Origin: Limisphaerales bacterium | Lineage (GTDB): Bacteria > Verrucomicrobiota > Verrucomicrobiia > Limisphaerales > JADLHS01 | DNA length: 64,000 bases | Reading direction: 5' to 3' | Assembly (NCBI GenBank): GCA_044225555.1 | Contig: JBGAIM010000017.1 | Location: 9,915 to 73,914, forward strand | Part shown: positions 1-9,800 of the stretch, in pieces | Numbering within the stretch: the first letter of the stretch is position 1 | Layout of the letters: each line of letters opens with the position of its first letter | Notes under the pieces: model-generated | Database searches by the model: none | What the model saw: the letters and a program-made list of their open reading frames with translations, nothing else | What the model was told of the DNA's origin: nothing | Translations under genes and position numbers: made by a program

Positions 1-251
1 TTGCACGGAAAGCCCAGCACGACGAAGCCCTTGTCCTTGTATTTCAAGTAGGTGGATTCGAGGCCGGCATATTGCTTGGTGTAGCCGCACTTGGAAGCGA
101 CGTTGACGATCAGGACGACCTTGCCTTTGTAGGCGGACAGCGAGGCGTCCTTGCCGTCAATGTCCTTGAGTTTGATGTCGTAAATGGATTCCGCGCGGGC
201 GGCGATGGTGGTCATGGCAATCAGGGTGGCGAGCAGGGCGATGGTTTTCAT
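1..251 (-). CDS. Glutathione peroxidase, Cys-type; N-terminal 83 codons only, gene runs off the left edge
   Basis: Reverse translation from ATG (251-249) gives [83 protein letters not shown]. The VASxCGxT and GFPCN motifs are the GPx signature. The catalytic codon is TGC (Cys), not TGA. The N-terminus is signal-like. It is absent from the ORF track because no stop lies inside the window. Confidence 0.85.
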   Translation of the reverse strand, partial: MKTIALLATLIAMTTIAARAESIYDIKLKDIDGKDASLSAYKGKVVLIVNVASKCGYTKQYAGLESTYLKYKDKGFVVLGFPC

Positions 252-326
252 GTCGGGGCAATTGTTGGTTGAAATGTGAACATTGTCAAATGACGAGGAT
301 TAGGACGGTTGGTTTGTGCCGCGAAT

Positions 327-965
327 TCATTCCCTCGCCGCCAGCTTGCGCTCCGCGGCTTGTAGAATCCTCCATTGGCCGGGTGGTAAATCGCCCAAAG
401 TCAGCCGCCCGATGCGGACGCGCAACAGGCGCAAGGTCGGATGGCCGATGGCGGCGGTCATGCGGCGCACCTGGCGGTTCTTGCCTTCGATCAACTCCAG
501 GCCGATCCAGCAATCCGGCACGCTCTTGCGGAAACGGATGGGCGGATCGCGCAGCGGAATTCTGGTAGGGACGCGTTCCACCGCGTCCCCACCGGCTGAG
601 GCGGTGACCTCCGCCGTGTTCGCCGTCACCACTTCCGGCTGCGGTTCGAGCAACCAGGCGCGGCACGGCAGTGTCTGGCGGCCTTGAATCGTCACGCCGC
701 GCGCGAGTTCCTCCAGCGCGGCCATCGTGGGGATGCGTTCCACTTGCGCCCAATACTCGCGTTCGTGGGCGTGGCGGGGTTCTAGCAACTTTGCGTTCCA
801 CTCCGGTTCATCGCTCAGTAGCAACAACCCTTCCGAATCCGCGTCGAGGCGGCCGATGGGGTAAACATTTTTGGGAAAACCAAACTTGGCGAGCGGACGA
901 TGCGGCGAGCCGTCCGGCGTGAACTGGGAAAGCACGCCGTAAGGTTTGTGAAAAGCGATCAGCAC
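327..965 (-). CDS. rluE: RluE/RsuA-family 23S rRNA pseudouridine synthase
   Basis: 212-aa ORF with a GTG start. Motifs: FHKPYGVLSQF, GRLDADSEGLLLLS (catalytic Asp motif) and GKNRQVRRMTAAIGHPTLRLLRVRIG, co-linear with E. coli RluE as I remember it. Confidence 0.85.
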   Translation of the reverse strand: MLIAFHKPYGVLSQFTPDGSPHRPLAKFGFPKNVYPIGRLDADSEGLLLLSDEPEWNAKLLEPRHAHEREYWAQVERIPTMAALEELARGVTIQGRQTLPCRAWLLEPQPEVVTANTAEVTASAGGDAVERVPTRIPLRDPPIRFRKSVPDCWIGLELIEGKNRQVRRMTAAIGHPTLRLLRVRIGRLTLGDLPPGQWRILQAAERKLAARE

Positions 966-1047
966 GCCCGCAGGGTAAAACGCGCAGCCAGCCTGTCGAG
1001 TGGATTGGCGGGTTTGCAGCCTGTCCGCAGGTTAGGTGACGTTTGAC

Positions 1048-1323
1048 TCATTTGGGCAAATCTCCGCTCGCAAACTGAGGGTTCGTCCACAACCGCATGT
1101 AACTGGAGTGTATCGCATCCAAAACGCCAGTCGGGTCTGCGTCCTGCGCCCATCGCAAAGGTAAAGATAATCCTGCTCGGAATCTCGCCCGTGATTTGAA
1201 CTGAGCATACGTGGTTGCACGTTCTTCCCACCAAATTAAAGGTCCCATGACCAGTTGATACGCCACCAGCATAAGGGGCAGCACGAGCAGCCACTTCAAA
1301 AACTTTGTTCGAATCTCGCGCAT
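1048..1323 (-). CDS. Hypothetical small membrane-anchored protein (91 aa)
   Basis: ORF track entry. It has one N-terminal hydrophobic helix (FLKWLLVLPLMLVAYQLVMGPLIWW) and lies directly downstream of the subtilase on the same strand. It is more AT-rich than its neighbours. No family recognised. Confidence 0.4.
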   Translation of the reverse strand: MREIRTKFLKWLLVLPLMLVAYQLVMGPLIWWEERATTYAQFKSRARFRAGLSLPLRWAQDADPTGVLDAIHSSYMRLWTNPQFASGDLPK

Positions 1324-1476
1324 ACCGAAGTCGCCTATCTCGTAATGGACGGCGGAGCTTGCAGCCTATCACAACTCATGAATCCGACTTTCGGCAGGGC
1401 AATGTGGTTTGTCGAGGGGATTTTGGAGTTGAAATGCACGTGAATCGTCACCGAGCAAAGGCGGCGAATGGTTGGC

Positions 1477-4400
1477 TCACGGTTGGGCTTCGAGGCGGAA
1501 GTAATTGGGCGCGCCGTTGGTGCGCGGGGGCAGCGTAAGATTGGCAGTGTAGCTGGTGACGCGTTGCCAGTCGGTGAAGGGCGACCAGTTGACGAGGTTG
1601 GTGCTGCCGAGCAGGCGATAGGCATGGCCGGGCGCGGTGGGCCAGTCGAGCCGGATCTGTTTGTTGGGCAGCACGGTGGTGTTGAGCCGGAACAGTCCGG
1701 CGAGCGAGCCGACCGGTGGCGCGGCTTCCACGCGGAAGAATTTCAACGGGCCGTTCGTGCTGGCGGCAATGGTGTAACTCGTGTTCGTGCCGGTGGCGGC
1801 AAACCAAGCGCTTTGAGGTGACCAAGCTGCGGCGTTGGTGCTGGTGTGAACGCGGTAGGTGTGATTGGTCACGGAGGGCCACGAGAGTTTGACGAGATTG
1901 TTCGCGAGTCGCTGCGCCGTGACGCGGAAGGGTGGCGGCGGATTATTGGGATCGGTGCCGGCTACGAATTCGCCCCAGTCGCTCAAACCATCGTGGTCGG
2001 TGTCGGTGAGCTTGGTGCGCAAGGGATCGAGCGCGCCGAATTTCTCGAATTCGTAGGCGTCGGGAATGCCGTTGGCGTTGGCGTCGGCAAAGGTGTAGTT
2101 GCCGGTGAAGTTGATGTTGCCGCCGGCAATGAGCGTGTTGGTCTGGCTGGCGGGCGTGAGGTAGTAGGGCACGTCGCCGTATTGAATGGTGTATGAGCCG
2201 GGGGCGGCATTGGTGATGAGCAGCGAACGGCCATTGCCGAGTCGTCCGCTCGGGCCGGACAGGGCGAAGACGGTTTGCCAGAGGTTGTTGGTGATTTGAA
2301 TGGTGCCGGGCACGATGGTGCTGTTGGTGATGGAGATGTCGTCAATGAGCCAGCCTTGTCGGGGCGGGGCGTCGAACGAGAACAGGAAGTGATACCAGAC
2401 GATGTAAACGACGTTGCCCATGTAGGGCGTGAGGTCGAGTTCCATTTCCTCCCAGCCGCCGGAATAATCCTCGGGCATCTGGTAAAGGAGCACGGGCGCA
2501 GCGGCGACGTTGGTGATGATTTCAATGGCGGCGAGCTGGATGTCGAACTCGCCCTGGGCCGTGAAATCGTAGTTGTGCCAGAAATGGAGCGTAGCCTTGT
2601 TGCCGCCGGTGAGGAAGATGCCGGGGCTGATCAAATAGGATTCCATCTGGCTGATGGCGGCGCCGCCGGGGTTGCTGTCCCAGCAATTAGTGCCGGAGTA
2701 GGCAGTCTCGCCGCCGCCGGGTGGACCGCGGGTCCATTCGGACTCGGAATCGGTGGAGGTAATAACGGACCACGCGTTGTTGTTGGTTTCGATATTGTCA
2801 AACCATGGTGGCGTGAAGGGCTCGAGCGTGGTGAAGGTGTAGTTCGTGCCGTAATTGTCGTCGGTGGTGTTGTTGCCCGCGCGGTCGCGACTGGTGACGC
2901 GGAGGTAATAGGTCGTGTTTGGTTTGAGGCTCGTGATCATGACTTCGTGCGTCGTCGTCAGCAGCGGATCGTAGCCGGTGAAATTGTTCGGGAAGCTGAT
3001 GGGTGACTCGCTGTATTGGACGAGCGAATCGGAGTCCTTGCTCGTATCCCAGGACACGACGGCTTCAAGGTAGCCGGGCTGGATGGCAACGCCAGTGATC
3101 ACAGGCGCGTTGGTGTCAATGGTCGCGCTGGCGGAATTCGTCGTGCCCGCCGAGGCGTCGAAGTAATTCACGCGAACGGTATCGAGCGGGTTCAAAACAA
3201 AAATGCCGGGCAAGCCGGAGTTTGTTTGCGCAAAAAGCACACTGCCGCGGAACAAGCCGGCGCGTGAGGTTTCCAGCAAGGTGACGCCGAGTTGACTGTC
3301 GTGTTGCGGACTACCCACCGTCACGGCAATCGAGCCCTGGCCTTTGAGATCGTTGTCTTCAACTTCAACCACGGCGCGGCCGGGCAGGGAATAAACATCG
3401 CTATCGAGCGTGACGGTGCTGGTGTTGGCGGCGGGTGCGAGGAAGTTGAGAACGTTGCGCAACAGGCCGGCGCGATTGTTGCCCACGCCGCTGCCAAACG
3501 GGACGGCGTCGAGCGGGAACGACAGGAAGACCACACGACCCGGGAGGTCCACGCCGGTCTTGGGCGCGCGCAGACCGACGATCTGGCCGCTGGAGAGCAT
3601 GACCGGTGCGGCGTTGGTGTTGGGCATGATCCAATCGCAAGGATCGTTTACGCCGATGAGTTGGAGGAAAGCCAACAGGTCATCGTACGGCGTGAAATCG
3701 AGCGTGGCATCAATTCCCGCGCCGACGGGTTCGCCAGCGAAGCCAACGACGCTGTCCACCGGCACGTCCTCCGTGTGCGATTGCACTTGGAGAATCGTGG
3801 AAGCAAAACTCGCCGCGCCCGCTTCGCCAAGCCGCGTGATGGTGTCCATGCCGGCGATGAAGAGCGAACCGCCGTTGGTAACGTAGCTGGCCACGCGTTG
3901 CACCAGCGTGGCACTGGGCGCGGAAACTTCATCCAGGCGCCAGATGACACAGCGATACGTCTGGAGTTGCGCCAACGTCGGCACGCTGCCGGAGCGCGCA
4001 TCGAACACGGCATAGCTGGTCCCCAGCGCGTTCAAGGCATCGGTGTAGCCCGAGAGGGGTGGCGCGGCCACAAAGCCGCTGTTGTCCGTGTAGGAATCGA
4101 GCAACAGCGCGGTCGGCGGTTGCGTGTTGGTCAGATTGAAAAAGCTGCTGCCATTGTTGTTCGTGGCGCGGTTGCCGGCTTCATCCTGCGCGACGACGAA
4201 GAATTTCACAGCAGTGTTGGCGGGCAAGTTTGCTGGTGAGAACTCCTGGCTGACGTCGAGTAGGCGATTGGTCAACGCGAGACTAGGCGCGGGCGAGCCG
4301 TAGTAAAGTTCGCCACGCGCGTCCTCGTCGGTGTTCCAGAGCACGGTCGGTTGGCCAAAAATGTTGGTGGCCTGCACGTCGGAGATGACGGGCGGTTGTA

Positions 4401-6843
4401 AATCAGCTTGCGCGCTGAACACGCGACTCGCCGCGGGTGCGGCATCGGCATAGACGGCTTCGATCAGGTTGCCGTGGGCGATTTGAAGGTTTCCATCGGT
4501 AATGGCCGGGCCGGTGGCGGTGGCAACGGCGCCGGTGAACAAGCCGCTGCTGCCATTGGCGTGCAGCGTGATGGTTTCGCCGAGTGGCTCGGCTCCGCTG
4601 CGGAGTTGAATCGTGGCGCTGGAATGGCCGGCGAGGTTGTAGTCCACGAGCGTGAGATTGATTTGATCCGGCGCGCGATAGACGCGGCGATCGAACGTCA
4701 CGATACCGACGCCAGGCGCGGCGAAAGTCCCTGAAGCGACGAGTGCGAAGTCTTGGTCCACGGCGGGCGTATCGCTGCGGGCGTCCTCAACCACGCGCGT
4801 GGCCCGAATGCGAATGAGGTATTCGCCGGGCACGGGCGCGGCGAGATGGACGGCCTCGACGTTGTTGATCGTATCGGACATCGGCGCGTTGGGCACGGAC
4901 TCGCCGTCTTCAAAACGATTGCCGCGAAAAATTTCCCCAGTGGGCGCGATGACTTCAAGGTCCAGATCGTTAACCAGCGCAATGGCCGCGGCGGGCAGGC
5001 CGGGAACATCCGTGTAGGTGAGCGTGATTTTGAGTGGTTCAACCGAACTGCCGACCAGGATGCGTTTTTCAAGCATGCCGCCGTTGGTGAGCGAGGTGGT
5101 TTGATCCGTGAAATCGTAGTTGCGCGCCGCGTCCATCAGCGCCGGAAGATTCACACGCCCCCAGCCTTCGTCGTTGTTCGGCACGACCTCGGTGGTGAAC
5201 CCGTCAGCCATGTCCGTGGCGGAATTGATCAGCGCCGCCTTGACGAGGGCAGGCGAAGGAGTCGTGCCGCTGTGAGTTGCGCGCCAGTATTGCACGAACA
5301 CGGCGGCCGCCCCGGAAACGTGGGGGCCGGCCTGGCTTGTGCCACCCTGGTAAAGATAATTATCCGAGATCGGCCACCAGGCATTTTGATCGTCGGCATA
5401 GACTGACCGCAGCGATGCAATCCAACTGCCCGGCGCCACGAGGTCGGGTTTGATGCGGCCATCGGCGCAGGGACCGCGACTGGAGAAATCGGCCATCGCA
5501 TCCTGGCCGTCGGTGTAGATGGCGAACTCCTCGATGGGCAGATTGAAGCGGTCATTCTGGGAAGCGCCGGTGGCGATAACATTCTTGGCCACGGCGGGGC
5601 TGCCGACCGTTTGATAACTGGGGCCGGCGTTGCCGGCGGAGAATTCCAGAATGTACGGCTGGTCACCGAGGGTGAGGGCATCGGCATCGCGCACGAGGGC
5701 GTCGAATTCCATCGCGCTCAGGTCGTATTGGCCTTGTGTATCGTCGCCCCAACTGTTCGAGCCGACATCCGCGCCCGCGCGTTTGGCGTCCCGTGTCAAC
5801 GTCTCGAAACTCGGGGGGGGCGCGTAACCGCCGGCGCCATCGAAGATGCGCTGGGCAATCAAACCCGCGCCTGGCGCCACGCCGAGGCCGTAGAGAAACC
5901 CATTCTCGTCGGTTTCACCGACCGCACCGTTGCCCGCGATGATGCCCGCGCAATGCGTGCCGTGGCTGTGTTCGTCCGCGGCATCGGTCAGTTGTCCGGG
6001 TGCACCATAATAGAACAGAGCCTTCACGCGGCCTTGAATGTCAGGGTGCATCGCGTTCGTGTCGCCGCTGTCGAGACCACTGTCGGCGACGGCGACGGTG
6101 ACGCCCGCGCCGTTGTAGCCGAGCGATTGCATCAGGGTTTGATGCGGCGGGCCGTCACCGGCGACGATGCGAGAGGCGACTTCATCGTAAAGCCGCATCT
6201 TGGGAGCAGGCTCGATCCACAGGACCTGATCGGAAGCAGCAAGGATCCCCATCCGGGCCGGTGAAATACTGCCGCGCAAAATCCGGCCTGACGGAAGTTT
6301 GGCCTCCTGGGCCGTGGAGGCAAATTGAGTTTGCAACTGGGCGACCGCGGCATCCGTCGCGTTGGCGGGAAGCAACACGGCGACGTCCACGTTTGTGACC
6401 GGGGCGGCCACGAGCGAACTCGCGGTCACCAGCTCGCTCAGTTTGCGGTGCAGTTTGTATTCAGCCCGGTATTCGCCGATGAACTGAACAAAGTTCAACC
6501 GGGCCACTGCTGCCGGCCGGACATTCTCGAACCGGGCGACGAAAGCATCGTCCGGCACGTAACGCAACAAATCAACCCCGAGCGCGCGGAGTTGTTCGCG
6601 CCCGGCGGGTGCGAGCGGTTCGCGGAATTGGATCACGAACAATCCGGTGATGGGCGGTGCGGCTAGCGAGGCCGGCGGGACTGCCAGCTCGGGCACGGGA
6701 ACGGAATTGCGGAGGCGGAGGGTTTTTGATGCCCCATTCACGGCGACAACGCTGAACAGGCAGATCAGAATGAAACTGCACGCAGGTCGCACGAATGCCG
6801 GGAACTTCACCCTGCGAAAGTAGTGCGAGATACGCTCAAACAC
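1477..6843 (-). CDS. Giant secreted multidomain S8 (subtilisin-family) serine peptidase, 1788 aa
   Basis: Asp/His/Ser triad motifs AVADSGLDSG, HGTHCAGIIAG and GGTSQAGPHVSGAAA. N-terminal signal-like stretch (FILICLFSVVAVNGA). Fn3-like segments (e.g. APVITGVAIQPGYLEAVVSWDT...TTYYLRVTSRDRAGN). Asp-rich Ca-binding-type stretch (TDTDHDGLSDWGEFVAGTDPNNP). Two C-terminal ~70-aa modules. The first in-frame start is GTG 6843, which overlaps the addA stop by 8 nt. An alternative GTG at 6810 (VKFPAFVRPAC...) would give a cleaner signal peptide. Confidence 0.9.
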   Translation of the reverse strand: MFERISHYFRRVKFPAFVRPACSFILICLFSVVAVNGASKTLRLRNSVPVPELAVPPASLAAPPITGLFVIQFREPLAPAGREQLRALGVDLLRYVPDDAFVARFENVRPAAVARLNFVQFIGEYRAEYKLHRKLSELVTASSLVAAPVTNVDVAVLLPANATDAAVAQLQTQFASTAQEAKLPSGRILRGSISPARMGILAASDQVLWIEPAPKMRLYDEVASRIVAGDGPPHQTLMQSLGYNGAGVTVAVADSGLDSGDTNAMHPDIQGRVKALFYYGAPGQLTDAADEHSHGTHCAGIIAGNGAVGETDENGFLYGLGVAPGAGLIAQRIFDGAGGYAPPPSFETLTRDAKRAGADVGSNSWGDDTQGQYDLSAMEFDALVRDADALTLGDQPYILEFSAGNAGPSYQTVGSPAVAKNVIATGASQNDRFNLPIEEFAIYTDGQDAMADFSSRGPCADGRIKPDLVAPGSWIASLRSVYADDQNAWWPISDNYLYQGGTSQAGPHVSGAAAVFVQYWRATHSGTTPSPALVKAALINSATDMADGFTTEVVPNNDEGWGRVNLPALMDAARNYDFTDQTTSLTNGGMLEKRILVGSSVEPLKITLTYTDVPGLPAAAIALVNDLDLEVIAPTGEIFRGNRFEDGESVPNAPMSDTINNVEAVHLAAPVPGEYLIRIRATRVVEDARSDTPAVDQDFALVASGTFAAPGVGIVTFDRRVYRAPDQINLTLVDYNLAGHSSATIQLRSGAEPLGETITLHANGSSGLFTGAVATATGPAITDGNLQIAHGNLIEAVYADAAPAASRVFSAQADLQPPVISDVQATNIFGQPTVLWNTDEDARGELYYGSPAPSLALTNRLLDVSQEFSPANLPANTAVKFFVVAQDEAGNRATNNNGSSFFNLTNTQPPTALLLDSYTDNSGFVAAPPLSGYTDALNALGTSYAVFDARSGSVPTLAQLQTYRCVIWRLDEVSAPSATLVQRVASYVTNGGSLFIAGMDTITRLGEAGAASFASTILQVQSHTEDVPVDSVVGFAGEPVGAGIDATLDFTPYDDLLAFLQLIGVNDPCDWIMPNTNAAPVMLSSGQIVGLRAPKTGVDLPGRVVFLSFPLDAVPFGSGVGNNRAGLLRNVLNFLAPAANTSTVTLDSDVYSLPGRAVVEVEDNDLKGQGSIAVTVGSPQHDSQLGVTLLETSRAGLFRGSVLFAQTNSGLPGIFVLNPLDTVRVNYFDASAGTTNSASATIDTNAPVITGVAIQPGYLEAVVSWDTSKDSDSLVQYSESPISFPNNFTGYDPLLTTTHEVMITSLKPNTTYYLRVTSRDRAGNNTTDDNYGTNYTFTTLEPFTPPWFDNIETNNNAWSVITSTDSESEWTRGPPGGGETAYSGTNCWDSNPGGAAISQMESYLISPGIFLTGGNKATLHFWHNYDFTAQGEFDIQLAAIEIITNVAAAPVLLYQMPEDYSGGWEEMELDLTPYMGNVVYIVWYHFLFSFDAPPRQGWLIDDISITNSTIVPGTIQITNNLWQTVFALSGPSGRLGNGRSLLITNAAPGSYTIQYGDVPYYLTPASQTNTLIAGGNINFTGNYTFADANANGIPDAYEFEKFGALDPLRTKLTDTDHDGLSDWGEFVAGTDPNNPPPPFRVTAQRLANNLVKLSWPSVTNHTYRVHTSTNAAAWSPQSAWFAATGTNTSYTIAASTNGPLKFFRVEAAPPVGSLAGLFRLNTTVLPNKQIRLDWPTAPGHAYRLLGSTNLVNWSPFTDWQRVTSYTANLTLPPRTNGAPNYFRLEAQP

Positions 6844-9800
6844 AAGCGGGTGCTTCCACCGCCATCGTGCAGCGAGCGGTTAGGAAGTGCAGCCAGCAAT
6901 GTGTCACCGGACGACGATAGATGCGGGCCAGCGCCAGGGCATAGATTTTCAATTGCGGCTCGTAGTGGGCCGCCTTGGCGGACAGTTCGTCGGCGTTGAC
7001 GCGATCCGTCTTGAAATCCAGCACCCAGATTTCTTCGGGCAGCAACACCGCCAAATCCACCTGGCCCTGCACGACGATGAAATCGTCGGCCGGCAGCGGA
7101 TTCGCGGGAGGCAGGACGTTCAGCGCATGCAACTCGCCGGCGCTGATCCGCGCGGTGAACGGCATCTCACGGTTGATGGCCGGGGCGGGGAGCTTGCGCA
7201 ATTTCACGCCAAGATCGGATTGCCAGAAGTGGCCCAACGCGCCGAAATCCAGCGCCGCCAGCTGTTCCTCGGTCAACGCTCCGGTCACGCGCATCTGCTC
7301 CGCCTCATTGCGCAAGTCCAGTTCGGTGGCCGTGCGTTGAACCGCGACGAATTGCTGAAAAGTATGGTGGGCCACCCCCACTTCCGCCGCCGATAATCTG
7401 GTTGCATTCGTGCGGCTGGTTACAGCTGACTGCGTGTAGACTTTGGGCTGAAACAGTTTCCTTGCTTCGTCGTCGGTTTCATCGGCTATGCGCCGACGGA
7501 GGGCGGTGACGGTGGTTTTGGCGGGTTCGAGAACCGCGCTTTCATGCGCATAGCGCAGGGCAATCCGATTCCGAATTTCCGCGATCTGTTTCGGCGTTGG
7601 GATGACCAGCACGTCCGGAGTCTGATCGGCCAGCAGATCGCGCGGCGATTCAGCGACAACATTTGCAGGGTGAAATTGCCAGGACAACAATCCATTGGCG
7701 CCGATATTTCCGCCTTGCCAATCACCCGGCTTCGTCTCATTCACGAACCACAGTCGCAGCCAGTCGAGATAGGTGTTTGCTTTGAGCAAGGCGTGATCAG
7801 TGAGCGGCGCAGGGTTTTGCCAATGGGCCAAGACGTCCTTCCGTGCAGCACTGCCGACGAGCAGCAAGGTGTCGCGGGCGCGGGTCAGGGCGACATAGAG
7901 CAGCCGCAGTTCTTCGCCCAGGGCGGCGCGACGTTCGCGTTGCGCCGCGTGCCAGTGGGCGATACTTGGATACTTGCCGCGTGTATTGGGTGGCAGGATT
8001 TTGGGAGCCAGGCCGAGGTCTTCGTTTAACAGGATATCGCCGCTCAAGTCGCGCAAATTGAAGCGCCCGCCCAGTCCGGCGACAACGACGACGGGAAATT
8101 CCAGGCCTTTGCTGGCGTGAATCGTCATCACGCGCACGGCATTTTCGTGCGTGGTCCCGGCGGGTGGATGGCTGACCTCGGCCTCCTCTTGTTCGTTGAT
8201 GAATTGCAGGAAGCGGAACAGCCCTTCGCGCTGGAAGGGATCAAACCGACGCGCCATTTCAATCAGTCGCCGCACGTTCGCGACGCGTTCCCGGCCGCGT
8301 TCCCCGGCGAGCAGCAGCGATTCGTAATGGGTCTCGATCAACGCGGTTTCGATGCAATGGGTCAGTGAGGAATGGCGGATCAAATCGCGCCAACTCTGGA
8401 ATTGCCGGCGAAAGGTTTGAAGTTTTGTCGTCAGTTCGCTGGTGTCATGGACTCCCGGCCCTTCGCTGCGCCAGAGCGTGTTCCACAGAAGCCCGTGCCG
8501 TTCAATCATCCGCAACCGCACCAGCTCCTCCGCCGACAAGCCGACGAACGGTGAGCGCAAGACCGCCAGGAGCGGCAGGTCCTGGAGCGGATTGTCGAGC
8601 AAGCGCAGCAGATTCAATATGTCGGTCACTTCCTGTGCGGCGAGAAATCCTGCCCGGCCCGCCAGTAATGGCACGCCGATGTGGTGGAACGCCTTGGCAA
8701 ACACTTCGGTGCGCCCGGTCGTGGCGCGGAGCAACACAACCATGTCCGAATACTCGACGGCCCGGAAGTCACCCGTCTGACGATCCCAGATCCGGTGCTC
8801 GCGCGCTTTCAACTGCCGAAGTTCCGTGGCGATGAGCAGCGCCTCGCGCTCGGTGGTGGGCAAATCAGTCAGTTCCGCCGTCCTAGGGTTGCGACTATCG
8901 GACTCGTCGTTGCCGGTAGTTGCCTCCTCGTTCTTGGTGAGGAGATGCAATCGGACGCGCGGCTCGGAATCCTTTTTGGCAGACAAGGCGGCGCGGGTTG
9001 ACGGGGCGCCAAACTGTAGTTCGGCGGTGGCGTCATAACTCATTCCCCCGACGACCGGGCGCATCAGCCTGCGAAAAAGCGGATTGATGAAGCGCAGCAA
9101 ACCTTCGGCGCTGCGGAAGTTTTCCGTGAGCGCGAGTGTCTGGCCGGACTGGCTCCGAAGCGCGGCCCACTCTTCCTGGTATTTCTGAAAAATGCGCGGG
9201 TCGGCGAGGCGGAAGCGATAGATGCTTTGCTTCACGTCGCCCACGAGGAAACGATTCGCGGCGTCGCCGTCGCGACTAATGGCCCGGAGGATGGCGTCCT
9301 GCGCGGCGTTGATGTCCTGGCATTCGTCCACAAAAACAAACCGGAATTTTTCGCGGCAGGCGCGGGCGACTGCGGAAGGTTGGCGATCACCATCGAGCAG
9401 AAGTTGAAGCGCGAATTGCTCCTGATCGGCAAAGTCAATGCCGCCCAGATCGCGCTTCGCTTGGGCAAAGGCAGCGCCGAATTCCTGCACCAGGCGCAGG
9501 AGCGTGAGCATGGGCGCCCGCGACCATTGCCAGTCTTCGGCCAGCGCCGCGCCGTTGTTGCGGGCGAGGTCGAGCAGGAACGTGGCACTCTCGAAAAAGC
9601 CTTTGATGGGATCGCGAAAGTGTTTCTTAAGGACATCCCATTTCGATCCATCGGCGGCGGTGATGGCTGCCAGTTGGATCGCGATGGCCGCGGGTCCCGC
9701 GTTGGCGTCGATTGCCTCGAGCGCGACCGAACAGGCGCGGACCGTCTTCGAGCCTTGCGCGTAAGGTTCGATGGCCTCGCGCCATTCTCGCTGCCACTCC

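Noticed and set aside
87-89. Selenocysteine in the glutathione peroxidase
   Set aside because: The catalytic codon in VASKCGYT is TGC (Cys), not an in-frame TGA. This is an ordinary Cys-GPx.
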